Of a stretch of 64,000 bases of DNA, positions 9,347 through 18,990 are shown one piece after another; within the stretch, counting starts at the first letter, position 1, and every line of letters starts with the position of its first letter. The notes beneath the pieces were generated by a model. The model searched no databases. It was given only the letters and a program-made list of their open reading frames with translations, and was not told the DNA's origin. The position numbers were made by a program, and so were the translations under genes. Source of the DNA: Patescibacteria group bacterium (GTDB lineage Bacteria; Patescibacteriota; Kazan-3B-28). The DNA lies in contig JBAZNQ010000001.1 of NCBI GenBank assembly GCA_041649135.1, positions 227,037-291,036 of the forward strand, given 5' to 3'.

Positions 9347-11107
9347 TTATGCCAACTTTGCCTTTTTGTAATCAACTTTCACAAATTCCGCTACATCATC
9401 CGGCATCACTTTGGCAGTCGTGGTAACCAAAAATCCAAAATCATTTCCCTGTGTCGCTTCACTTACTTCTTCTGTTAAATGTTTAATCAATTTTACCGTA
9501 CCCGAGCCAATTTCTTCATCGCCACGCATAAATTTCACTACATTGCCAAGCCCAATTCTGCCCGACAATACTTTCATCCCAATAATCTTTTCATGCCGAT
9601 CCTCGCGGAAAATCTTTAAGACAGTCGCCTTACCCGATTGGGTCTCAATTCGTTCTGGTTCAATTGATTCCAATAAAATCTTGGTCAAATCATCCGTCAA
9701 ATTATAAATAATATCGTAGCCCAAGATCTGAATTTTATCTTTCTTCGCCATACTAGTGGCTGACGGACTAACATCCACTTTAAATCCCACCACGATCGCT
9801 TTCTCACCTTCCGCCGCCAGAATATCGGACTCGCTAATATTACCGATCCCCTCGCTAATAATCTTTATTTCTCCCTTGTCAGTCCGGATTTTTGATAATT
9901 GATTTTTAATTGCCTCTAACGAACCTTGCATATCCGCTTTTAACACCACTGCGATTTGTGATGCATGCGCCGCTCGGATCTGGGCTGTCAGTCTGGACAA
10001 ATCCGAAGCACTGACGGAAATCTTGCGAGCCGTTGCTTGTTTTGATTTTTGCATCGCCAATTCCCGCGCTTGTTTTTCGCTTTCCACTACTTCAAAAAAT
10101 TCTCCCACATTCGGCACAGCACTAAACCCCGTGACCCTGACAGGCATCGCCGGCTCGGCTTCTTTTACTCGCCGTCCCAAATAATCTTCCATTGATTTTA
10201 CTTTGCCGGCTTGAGCTCCCACCACGAACGGATCACCAATTTTTAGCGTACCGTTTTGTACTAATAAAGTTCCCGTATAACCAACCTTGGGATCATGTTT
10301 AGTTTCGATCACAAAACCAGTCGCCGGCGCTTTTTTATCCGCAGTCAGTTCCTGTAGATCTACTGTCAATAACACCAAGTCCAACAGTTCATCCACACCT
10401 TCACCAGTTTTCGCCGATACTCCAATAATGACATCCTTACCGCCCCATTTCTCCGTTACGATATTATGGGTCGCCAACTCTTGTTCTACCCGCAAAATGT
10501 TCGCTTCTGGTCTGTCAATTTTAGTAATCGCAGTTACGATCGGCACATTCGCCGCTCGTGCCAATTCGATCGCCTCGATCGTTTGCGGTTTTATTCCTTC
10601 ATCTGCCGCCACTACCAAAATCACCACATCCGTTACCTTCGCACCCTGCGCTCTAATCGCCGAAAACGCCTCATGCCCCGGTGTGTCCAAAAAAGTAATC
10701 TTGTGACCTTTGTATTCTGCCTGATAAGCCCCAATATGCTGGGTAATACCACCAGATTCCCTTTCAGTAATCTTGGTCTTCCGAATGTAATCCAACAGCG
10801 AAGTTTTACCGTGATCAACATGCCCCATGACTGTTACGACCGGCGGTCTTTGATCTCCACCTTCCACTCGCTTTACCACTCGTTCTTTTTCGCGTTTTGC
10901 CTCGCTCTCCGCGCTCTGTTCCACGCTGTAACCTAAATCATCCGCCACGATCGCCGCAGTTTCAAAATCGATATTGTCGTTAATCGTCGCCAGTACCCCA
11001 TTGGCTAACAGTTGCTTAATGACTACCGTTACCGGCACACCAAATGATTGGGCCAATTCATTGACCGTCATCAATCCCGGCAAGACTATTTTCTTTTCTT
11101 CATTCAT
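9347..11107 (-). CDS. infB: Translation initiation factor IF-2
   Basis: GHVDHGKT, GGITQHIGAY, DTPGHEAF, TKID; start set at MNEEKK because the upstream extension is a translated repeat. Confidence 0.97.
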   Translation of the reverse strand: MNEEKKIVLPGLMTVNELAQSFGVPVTVVIKQLLANGVLATINDNIDFETAAIVADDLGYSVEQSAESEAKREKERVVKRVEGGDQRPPVVTVMGHVDHGKTSLLDYIRKTKITERESGGITQHIGAYQAEYKGHKITFLDTPGHEAFSAIRAQGAKVTDVVILVVAADEGIKPQTIEAIELARAANVPIVTAITKIDRPEANILRVEQELATHNIVTEKWGGKDVIIGVSAKTGEGVDELLDLVLLTVDLQELTADKKAPATGFVIETKHDPKVGYTGTLLVQNGTLKIGDPFVVGAQAGKVKSMEDYLGRRVKEAEPAMPVRVTGFSAVPNVGEFFEVVESEKQARELAMQKSKQATARKISVSASDLSRLTAQIRAAHASQIAVVLKADMQGSLEAIKNQLSKIRTDKGEIKIISEGIGNISESDILAAEGEKAIVVGFKVDVSPSATSMAKKDKIQILGYDIIYNLTDDLTKILLESIEPERIETQSGKATVLKIFREDRHEKIIGMKVLSGRIGLGNVVKFMRGDEEIGSGTVKLIKHLTEEVSEATQGNDFGFLVTTTAKVMPDDVAEFVKVDYKKAKLA

Positions 11108-11306
11108 AACATTTTCGAATGTCATCCTCGAGCCGACAGTATTAGCGAGTCGACATCGGGGATCCAGACAGAAACAAAAACATTTTTCTTTTCTGGATTC
11201 CCGCCTTCGCGGGAATGACGGATAAAAAATCATTAAAATGACTGCCAAAACCCATCTTCAGCAACCATACATCTTCATCCTACCCCGAAATTAATCTCGG
11301 GGCTAA

Positions 11307-12647
11307 TTATTGCTTTTCCATTGCCAAAATAATTTTATCGGCGGTTGCTTTACCGATCGCCGGCAATGCTATCAGTTCTTCTTTGGTCTTACCTTGCAAA
11401 TCAGCTCGTTTAGTAATCCCTGCTGTATTTAATTTTTTGATCATCGCTGGAGTTAGCCCCAAAGCCACCAAATCGCTTGTTCCATCGTCATTAGCTACAA
11501 CTAATCCTTCGGTTTTCTCAACTACCGCTGGCTTCTGCATGGCTTTCAAACTCAACCCCAATCGGTGGCTCTCTGCCCCCAAATCGATCACTTTCAGCTT
11601 CAGCTTGTCGTCCACCTTCACGACCGCACTCGGATCCACCACGTGTTCATGTGACAGCTCGGAGATATGGATCAAGCCATCAACCTTGCCATCAATTGAT
11701 ACAAACACACCAAATGGCATGATCTGTGTTACTCTCCCCGTCACCTCCTGCCCGATCTGAAAGTTCTTGATCGTTGTCAGCCATGGGTCGGCTTCCAACC
11801 GTTTCATTGACAAAGAAATCTTGTCTGCATCAATCGCGATCACTTGCACCCTAACCTTGTCGCCCACCTGCGCAAAGTTGCTCGGATGATCAACTTTACC
11901 CCAACTAATTTCAGAAATGTGTACCAACCCTTCCAGTTGACCAAGCGACACAAAAATCCCGAAATCAACTACGCCAGAGACAGAACCTTCCAACACATCA
12001 TTAACTTTGATGTCGGAAACTAATTCATCAAATTCACCCTTCCGCGCGATTTTCTCCGAGAAAATTAATTTGCTGGTGCTCTTGTCCAAATCCAAAACTT
12101 TCACTTGCATCATCTCGCCTTCAAATTTGGCTAATCGATTTAGAATCTCGTCCTTATCGTTACCGACTCTGGGATAATGTTCTGGCGCCAATTGTGAAAC
12201 CGGCAGGAAACCTCGCAAACCATCCGCTTCGACAATTAAACCACCACGATTTGCTTCCACCACCTTCACGTCGAAGACTTCGTCCTTGCCCCTGCGCTCT
12301 TCCAAAGCCGTCCACCCTTGATTTTCCAGCGCATCACGCAAACTCAAAATCATGAAGCCTTCGTCATTCTCCGGCATCAACACCGAAGCTGTTACCCGAT
12401 CACCGGCCTTGTAATCCGGCGCCGAGATCCCTTCTTCGGCTAATTCTTTATTGCTGATAATACCAATAAACCGACCATCATCAATATCGATCCAAATCCG
12501 ATTTTTGGTTACTGCTGTTACTTCACCTGCCACCAAATCACCGGATTGATAAATCTTCAAATCCCCCGCACTACTGTCGAGGTATTTAGCGAAGGCTGTC
12601 TTTGCGCCTTTGGGGGAAACCCCATCGGAGACTTTCGTCTTGGCCAT
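11307..12647 (-). CDS. rpsA: 30S ribosomal protein S1 with C-terminal HhH-like domain
   Basis: Four S1 repeats (GFLPVSQL, GLVHISEISW, GLIHISELS). Confidence 0.92.
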   Translation of the reverse strand: MAKTKVSDGVSPKGAKTAFAKYLDSSAGDLKIYQSGDLVAGEVTAVTKNRIWIDIDDGRFIGIISNKELAEEGISAPDYKAGDRVTASVLMPENDEGFMILSLRDALENQGWTALEERRGKDEVFDVKVVEANRGGLIVEADGLRGFLPVSQLAPEHYPRVGNDKDEILNRLAKFEGEMMQVKVLDLDKSTSKLIFSEKIARKGEFDELVSDIKVNDVLEGSVSGVVDFGIFVSLGQLEGLVHISEISWGKVDHPSNFAQVGDKVRVQVIAIDADKISLSMKRLEADPWLTTIKNFQIGQEVTGRVTQIMPFGVFVSIDGKVDGLIHISELSHEHVVDPSAVVKVDDKLKLKVIDLGAESHRLGLSLKAMQKPAVVEKTEGLVVANDDGTSDLVALGLTPAMIKKLNTAGITKRADLQGKTKEELIALPAIGKATADKIILAMEKQ

Positions 12648-12966
12648 CTTTATCTATTAGTTAATTAATATAGCTCCTGATACTTTGCCACTATAAAGGA
12701 GGAGGTCGTCCCAGTCAAGCTTATGGACAGTCAAAGACTAGTGGATTAGTGACTCTAACAGCCCAGTCGTCATTCTGGGGAGTTCTGCTGGGCAACAGAA
12801 CGACACCAGAATCGTATATTAAGATTCTAGATGCGCCCTCTCTCCTCTGTCCCAATGGGACTCCTTAGAGGCCGGGCTTGCTGCCCGCCCATCGGCAAGC
12901 AAACTAAGAATGACGGAGTAGGAAAGATTTTTAAAAAACCTACGCCTACAGCCCACGGTTCCAATA

Positions 12967-12995
12967 TTGACAAGAATTGTTTGTTGTGCTAACTT
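12967..12995 (+). promoter_or_regulatory. Sigma70 promoter of candidate ncRNA 1
   Basis: TTGACA-N17-TAACTT with extended TG. Confidence 0.6.
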
Positions 12996-13001
12996 ACAAG
13001 C

Positions 13002-13245
13002 ACTTGGGGAAATCAACGTCCACCTCAAGTCTCTAGGGTCGGAGTGTGACCTATTCCGTATCTACTATTTGTTTATTGCCTGCGTGGCTATGGTCCTGCG
13101 GGAGACGGCCGCAGTACTGTGCTCTTCCCAAGGAAGAAATCAGCAATAACCGCGGTATTCGCTGCTCGGGAACAGGCGACCACCTTAGTTGCACCTGTAA
13201 ACAGATTCCCCGTCTACCTCCGGATTTATCCGGAGGTTTTTATTT
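13002..13245 (+). ncRNA. Candidate structured ncRNA (~240 nt), family unrecognised
   Basis: Promoter upstream; 5' ggggaaatc pairs with 3' gattcccc; several internal hairpins; ends in a terminator; no credible ORF. Confidence 0.55.
13216..13245 (+). terminator. Intrinsic terminator
   Basis: acctccggat-tt-atccggaggt followed by T-rich tract. Confidence 0.75.
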
Positions 13246-13351
13246 CCTTTTGCAAGAGAAAAACGGGCAAAATGGACTCCACTCAAGAATGTTCTTGCCC
13301 CTATTCATAGGAGAAAAACCAATAAACTGGCTCTGGACGCCCAAAAAAGTG

Positions 13352-13380
13352 TTGACAACCAGAATACTCTGTAATACACT
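13352..13380 (+). promoter_or_regulatory. Sigma70 promoter of candidate ncRNA 2
   Basis: TTGACA-N17-TACACT. Confidence 0.65.
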
Positions 13381-13386
13381 AAAGCC

Positions 13387-14067
13387 AATATGCCCTGGTC
13401 GTTCATTCGACCAAAACTATAGGGCGTAGGGAGCAAGGTATGAATGTTTTATCGCAGAATTCCCCTCACCTTAACATTGTGAACAACACCGAACGGAACG
13501 CCGGCAACGGCGACGCGAGCGACGGCAGCAGGACCAGGTCCTGAACGGCCGCGGCCCGGTGCGGGTTGACGAGAACTAGCAGCGCGGAGTGCCAAACAGG
13601 CAAAGCTCCTCGGTGACACCCTGCAACCCGCAAACAACCAAGCAGCAACCAAGAGGAGGCTAGATGTATAATCCACCGGACTAGTTAATAACTCCCCAAC
13701 CTGTATAAATAACGACGTGGTTGTGGGAGTGGTGAGACATAAGCGCAGGGGCACCAAGGCCTTTGAGCCTGACGCCCACCAGGAGACTGGAAAAAATGCG
13801 CAGTAACAACCAGCGGCAACACAGTCAGCTACTGTGTACTCGACCCCCGGCCTGTAATGGGTGCGGGGGACAATAGGGAGAACTCTTCCTTCGACGCTAG
13901 TGAGGAATACTGCCGAGGCCATTGGCAACTCGGTAACATCGAATTTCCTCCAGCCTCCCGAAGGGAGAACGAACCCCGAAAAACACAACCTAAACAGCAA
14001 CATTGTTTGAACCTTGTGGACCAACGACGAATAGTCTAAGCAGGGCGCCCCTCTGGGCGCCCTTTTT
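13387..14067 (+). ncRNA. Candidate large structured ncRNA (~680 nt), family unrecognised
   Basis: Promoter, more than 12 GC-rich stems with GNRA loops separated by A/C-rich linkers, terminator, no credible plus-strand ORF. Confidence 0.6.
14042..14067 (+). terminator. Intrinsic terminator
   Basis: agggcgccc-ctct-gggcgccct then T run. Confidence 0.8.
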
Positions 14068-14091
14068 CGTATCCAAATTCTAAACTTCTCT

Positions 14092-14508
14092 TTATTTTTT
14101 ATCCAAATACCGACGGAGATACTTTTCCTTCTCTTGTCCGGTAATTTTGCTTGCCCGCTTCTTCGGAAAATCTACCCGCGCGAACTTAATGATCAAACCC
14201 GCTTGTACTAACGCATAAATGATTATCAGCACCGGCCAAAACCTCCACGACAAATACCTAATTCCCTCATATCGGAAAAACAGCCAAACCAGCATTAACC
14301 AACCAAACACATTTGCTGCAGCCACCGACTTCAGAATCACTTGTCTTTGCAAAAATGCTAATTTCTTGGTTCGGTTTGGTACGATCATCACCGCCACGAT
14401 CAACCCTACCAATAACCCCACGATCACCCAGTATCCCCAACCCCAAAATGTCATCGACAAATTGCTGTCGAAATAATAAGTCCAGTTAAAGATATTAGCG
14501 AAAGACAT
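14092..14508 (-). CDS. Hypothetical membrane protein
   Basis: About three TM segments; FFRYEGIRYLSWRFW and KEKYL motifs. Confidence 0.75.
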   Translation of the reverse strand: MSFANIFNWTYYFDSNLSMTFWGWGYWVIVGLLVGLIVAVMIVPNRTKKLAFLQRQVILKSVAAANVFGWLMLVWLFFRYEGIRYLSWRFWPVLIIIYALVQAGLIIKFARVDFPKKRASKITGQEKEKYLRRYLDKK

Positions 14509-14795
14509 AGTAGTTTAACTTTTAAGATTAAATATTTTTCTCGTCATTCTCTGACTTACCTGCCCGACTAGGGACCAGAATCTTACCCCCAGTCGTCATT
14601 CTGGCTTGTCCAGAATCTTATCAATAACAATATATTCTTGTATCGTCATCCTCGCTTGCGTTAGCCCTCCGTAGCTCGTAGAGCGAAGGACGGGTCGAGG
14701 ATCGTATAATCCTATCCGATTCCTTGGCCGCGACCGCAGACAGGCTGGAGTCGCTTTGCTCCCCAGAATGACGAGAACACTCCTCACTCCTCACT

Positions 14796-17700
14796 CTATT
14801 TCAATCTCCTTCTAACAAAACTATTCGAACTCTTTTTGGTCTGCAGCCTGGAAGTTGCCTTAGCCGTTGCTCGCTTAGCCAATTTCCGAGTCGTGAAACC
14901 AGATTTCTTCGAGGTTGATTTAACAATTGGCTTTTTCGATAACACCTTTTTCTTAAATACTGGCACAGGCTTCTTGACCACTCCTGACCGTTTGCTTACT
15001 CGACTAGGAACCATCTTTTTAATAACCGCCCGCTTGGCAACTGGTTTAATGACTTTCTTCTTAGCAACTGGCTTAATTTTTTTAGCTGCAGGTTTTACTA
15101 TCGCTGTTTTAGTCGCTACCACTCTTGCCGGCTTTACTTTTTTAACCTTAGTCGCAGTTGGCTTCGCTTTTATTACTTTCTCCGAGACACCTTTTGAATT
15201 GTCAGATACTCGCCCTGCATAGTTCTGCTTTTTTGCAGAACGAAGCATGGGTTCTTCGCCCTCTTCCTCAATTATTTCCTCACCAGAGTCTTCCATATCT
15301 TCCACCTCCGCTTCATGAACCTCGGGCTTGGGTAATTTTGCCAATTCTGCTTCAGTTAATTCTTCATTTGGATTAGTTAGTTTACCATCCGCCTCTTCCA
15401 TAAACAGTACCGTAAATGACGCCACATGGTCGCTAGCATTCTTCATTCGCATCAATCGGACACCTTGAGTTGCCCGACCTAGCGTTGGCACGGTTTTCAA
15501 TGGCAAGCGAATGATCTGACCTTCGGTCGAAGTTATGATCACATCCGCCACCAAAGTTCTCTCCACCAGTTTCGCCCCAATCACCTTCCCAGTCTTGGCT
15601 GTTACTTGCATGGTTTTTATCCCCACACCACCACGATGTTGTAAAGTGTATTGCGACAACAGAGTCTGTTTACCCAAACCATTCGCCGACACCACGAACA
15701 ATGCCGCCGGAATCCCCTTGCGGGCCACATCCGCCCCGATCACTTCATCATCTTTCCGCAGTTTAATCGCTCGCACCCCACGAGTTGATCGTCCCAGCGG
15801 CCTCGCATCGCTCTCCTTGAATTTTATCGACTGACCATCTTTGGTGATGATCATCACTTCGTCATCTTTTTGGCTCTTGCGCACCCATTTCAATTCATCT
15901 CCCTCATCCAATTTGATCGCAATTAAGCCATTACTACGAATGTTGGCATAAGCCGCGGTCGCTGTCTTTTTGATCACCCCTTGTTTGGTGATCATCACAA
16001 AATCACCCGACCAAGCCTTCTCTGGCATCGCCAGTAAAGCCGTTACTTTTTCCTCGGGCGCTAGCTGGATCACATTAACTGCCGCTGTCCCACGAGCAAT
16101 TCTGGACGCCTGTGGAATTTCAAATACCTTCTGGCGGAAAACCCGACCCCGATTAGTGAAGAACAAAATATCATCATGGTTTTTCGCTACCTGAATCGTC
16201 GAGATCTGGTCTTCTTCTTTGGTCGTCATCCCGATCACGCCCTTACCACCACGACGTTGTGTCCGATATTCATTAATTGACTGACGTTTAATGTAATTGC
16301 CAACCGACATTGTCACCACAACTTCCTCGTTCGGGATCAAATCCATGTCCGTAAAATCACCTACTGTCTTGCCGCTCATCTGTGTCCGACGCTTATCACC
16401 ATACCGATTTTTGATCTCCTGACACTCGGTTCTGATCAAGCCATCAATTTTTTTAGGATCTTTTAAAATTGCTTTCAATTCTGCGATCAACTTCTGCTTT
16501 TCAAGATATTCATCCTCAACTTTCTTCCGCTCCAGACCAGCCAAAGCCGACAACCGCATTTCCAAAATTGCCGAAGCCTGCAGTTCGGATAATTTGAACT
16601 TTTTTATCAAATTAGCATGCGCTTCTTCTTTGGTCGCCGATTTCTTGATCGTCGAAATGACCGCATCAAGATTATCTAAAGCGATCTTGAGCCCCTCCAA
16701 AATATGCGCCCGCTCTTCCGCTTTCTTTAATTCAAATTGAGTTCGACGAGTGATCACCACTCGTCGATGGTTCAAAAACTGTAACAATGCTTCCGCTAAA
16801 TTAAATACTCTCGGCTGGATACCGTTCTCCAACGCCAGCAAATTCATATGAAAAGTCGACTGCAACGGCGTCAGCTTAAATAATTGGTTTAGGATCTTTT
16901 TTGGATAAGCGTCTTTTTTCAGATCTACTACTACCCGAATTCCGTCCCGATCCGATTCATCCCGCAGATCGGCCACCCCGATCAATTTTTTCTCTTTCAC
17001 CAAATCGGCAATTCTCGTTACCATTTCGGCCTTGTTCACCTGGAATGGCAACTCCGAAATGACGATCCGATGAGCATTTCCGTCTTCTTCGATCTCTGCC
17101 ACCCCTCGCGTTACCACCTTGCCCTTACCAGTCGCATAAGCTTCCCGAATGTCTTTGGAATTAAAAATGATCCCGCCCGTCGGAAAGTCCGGCCCCGGGA
17201 TAAACTCCATTAATTTATCAACATCTGCGTCTGGAAAATCGATCAGATACATAATGGCATCCAACATTTCGCCCAAATTATGTGGCGGGATCGACGTCGC
17301 CATACCCACCGCGATCCCCATTGTGCCGTTTAGTAATAGTTGGGGAATTTTGGTCGGCAACACATCCGGCTCTTTTTTGGTGTTGGAATAGTTATCATGA
17401 AAATCGACTGTATCTTTATCCAAATCCGCCAACACCTCTTCGGCGATGGCTGTCATTTTGGCTTCGGTATATCGCATAGCAGCCGGACTGTCACCATCGA
17501 TCGAACCAAAGTTTCCCTGACCATCAACTAATGGATACCGCATACTCCACGGTTGAGCTAACCGCACCAACGTGTCATAGACCGCCATATCACCATGGGG
17601 GTGATAGAACGCGATTACACCACCAACCACCTCCGCGCTTTTGCGATATTTGACATTGTGTCGTAACCCCGATTCCCCCATCGAAAACAAAATCCGCCGG

Positions 17701-17840
17701 TGAACCGGCTTCATGCCATCCCGCACATCAGGAAGCGCTCGCGCCACGATCACACTCATTGCGTAATCCAAATAGGATTGCCGCATTTCGGTGTTGATCG
17801 ATCGGAGATTTACCTTCCCAATATTTTTGTCTTCATCCAT
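14796..17840 (-). CDS. gyrA: DNA gyrase subunit A
   Basis: RALPDVRDGMKPVHRR, AAMRYTE, GyrA-box QRRGGKG; long acidic then Lys-rich tail. Confidence 0.98.
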   Translation of the reverse strand: MDEDKNIGKVNLRSINTEMRQSYLDYAMSVIVARALPDVRDGMKPVHRRILFSMGESGLRHNVKYRKSAEVVGGVIAFYHPHGDMAVYDTLVRLAQPWSMRYPLVDGQGNFGSIDGDSPAAMRYTEAKMTAIAEEVLADLDKDTVDFHDNYSNTKKEPDVLPTKIPQLLLNGTMGIAVGMATSIPPHNLGEMLDAIMYLIDFPDADVDKLMEFIPGPDFPTGGIIFNSKDIREAYATGKGKVVTRGVAEIEEDGNAHRIVISELPFQVNKAEMVTRIADLVKEKKLIGVADLRDESDRDGIRVVVDLKKDAYPKKILNQLFKLTPLQSTFHMNLLALENGIQPRVFNLAEALLQFLNHRRVVITRRTQFELKKAEERAHILEGLKIALDNLDAVISTIKKSATKEEAHANLIKKFKLSELQASAILEMRLSALAGLERKKVEDEYLEKQKLIAELKAILKDPKKIDGLIRTECQEIKNRYGDKRRTQMSGKTVGDFTDMDLIPNEEVVVTMSVGNYIKRQSINEYRTQRRGGKGVIGMTTKEEDQISTIQVAKNHDDILFFTNRGRVFRQKVFEIPQASRIARGTAAVNVIQLAPEEKVTALLAMPEKAWSGDFVMITKQGVIKKTATAAYANIRSNGLIAIKLDEGDELKWVRKSQKDDEVMIITKDGQSIKFKESDARPLGRSTRGVRAIKLRKDDEVIGADVARKGIPAALFVVSANGLGKQTLLSQYTLQHRGGVGIKTMQVTAKTGKVIGAKLVERTLVADVIITSTEGQIIRLPLKTVPTLGRATQGVRLMRMKNASDHVASFTVLFMEEADGKLTNPNEELTEAELAKLPKPEVHEAEVEDMEDSGEEIIEEEGEEPMLRSAKKQNYAGRVSDNSKGVSEKVIKAKPTATKVKKVKPARVVATKTAIVKPAAKKIKPVAKKKVIKPVAKRAVIKKMVPSRVSKRSGVVKKPVPVFKKKVLSKKPIVKSTSKKSGFTTRKLAKRATAKATSRLQTKKSSNSFVRRRLK

Positions 17841-17920
17841 AAGAAATTATCCTTCCTCAATTCCAAGTGCTTACCTGCAGACCAGCAAAGCCTCCCAACA
17901 GGTTGGCTAATACCCATATT

Positions 17921-18919
17921 TTAGGCCTTCTTCTGCCATCTGTCTATCAGCCAGCTATCCGTCTGTTTCAGCACCACGAACTCCCAAGTTTCGGTCAGAG
18001 TCTGCTTGTCCGGCGTCTTTTTCTCCAGTTGACCGGCGATCGTTACTTTTGCGACACCGTCATCCACCACCGACGCAGTAATTCTAAAATTCGTGATCTG
18101 TACTGAATCTTCCACGATCCCTGGCGAAAACTCTGCCTTAGCCGCTTTGGTCAATTTGGCTGACATCCCAGTCGCATCGCCGTCTTGCCACGCCTGAACA
18201 AATTGGTTCACTGCCTGTTCGGCCGCTTGTTGAGCCGCTTTTTGTTGTTCTGTTTGCGTCCCACCATCATCGATCTTCTTTTGCAACAGAGCGTTAACAT
18301 CACTCGCTGTATCAAAAATATCTCGCGGCAATTTGGCTTGGATCATCCCGCCGCCCACCAACAACAACTCATCATAAGACTGTTCCATTTTGGCTGTCGT
18401 CGATTTTAACGTATCTAGTTCTTTAATCTCGCTGATCTCCGCAACTCGCCCCAGAATGCGTCTGAATTCCGCCAACATCACGCTGTAATCATCCAAAAAG
18501 ATGCTCAATTTACTAGCGACTGTACTCGCTTTAATACTTAATCCCACCTGCGCCCGAACATCATATAAACCGTCTCGGACAGTCTGATTTGCCACATTCA
18601 CCACTTTGATCAGCGCCGTATCACCCGTGTCACCCAGTTGGTCAAAGCTATCCACCGACTGTAATTTGTTAACTACTGCGGTAGTGTCGCTCACCACCTC
18701 CGACCAAGTTGTTTTTAGCGCTTTTTCACCAGCCGCTCCTTGGCTTTGGAAACTATAGTAGTAATACGATGCTAGTCCGCCGATTAACACCACCAAAACT
18801 GACCCAAATACCGTCAACAACAGCCCCGGCGCTTTGGGACGTGGTCGCACTTTCATTGCTTTTGCCTCCGCCTCGATCTCTTCGGTTTCAGCATCGGTAA
18901 TTTCTTCCTCAAATTTCAT
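17921..18919 (-). CDS. Hypothetical single-pass membrane protein
   Basis: N-terminal TM, helical body, NTF2-like C-terminus (AVNQFVQAWQDGD...WLID). Confidence 0.75.
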   Translation of the reverse strand: MKFEEEITDAETEEIEAEAKAMKVRPRPKAPGLLLTVFGSVLVVLIGGLASYYYYSFQSQGAAGEKALKTTWSEVVSDTTAVVNKLQSVDSFDQLGDTGDTALIKVVNVANQTVRDGLYDVRAQVGLSIKASTVASKLSIFLDDYSVMLAEFRRILGRVAEISEIKELDTLKSTTAKMEQSYDELLLVGGGMIQAKLPRDIFDTASDVNALLQKKIDDGGTQTEQQKAAQQAAEQAVNQFVQAWQDGDATGMSAKLTKAAKAEFSPGIVEDSVQITNFRITASVVDDGVAKVTIAGQLEKKTPDKQTLTETWEFVVLKQTDSWLIDRWQKKA

Positions 18920-18990
18920 TGACTTGGCTGATTTAAATCAGCCTAATCATATCTGAAAAACCGTCTCTTTTCAAGCACCAACTCGACCCT

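Noticed and set aside
11108-11248. N-terminal extension of IF-2 and similar short ORFs at 3501, 8826, 27813, 41086, 48816, 49311
   Set aside because: They are translations of palindromic intergenic repeats (SFPRRRES-type peptides)
13479-13650. AAC-rich stretch as a second DGR template repeat
   Set aside because: I found no matching variable repeat in the window, and the AACs are not held in one frame
13449-14024. 191-aa minus-strand ORF as a real protein
   Set aside because: Cys/Val/Leu-biased composition is the expected antisense of an AAC-rich strand; no RBS or motif; promoter and terminator point to the plus strand
13387-14067. RNase P RNA, tmRNA, group I or group II intron identity for the large RNA
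   Set aside because: No GAGGAAAGUCC, no tRNA-like ends, no domain V; only isolated short look-alikes (ATAGTC, GTGCG) and no interrupted host gene
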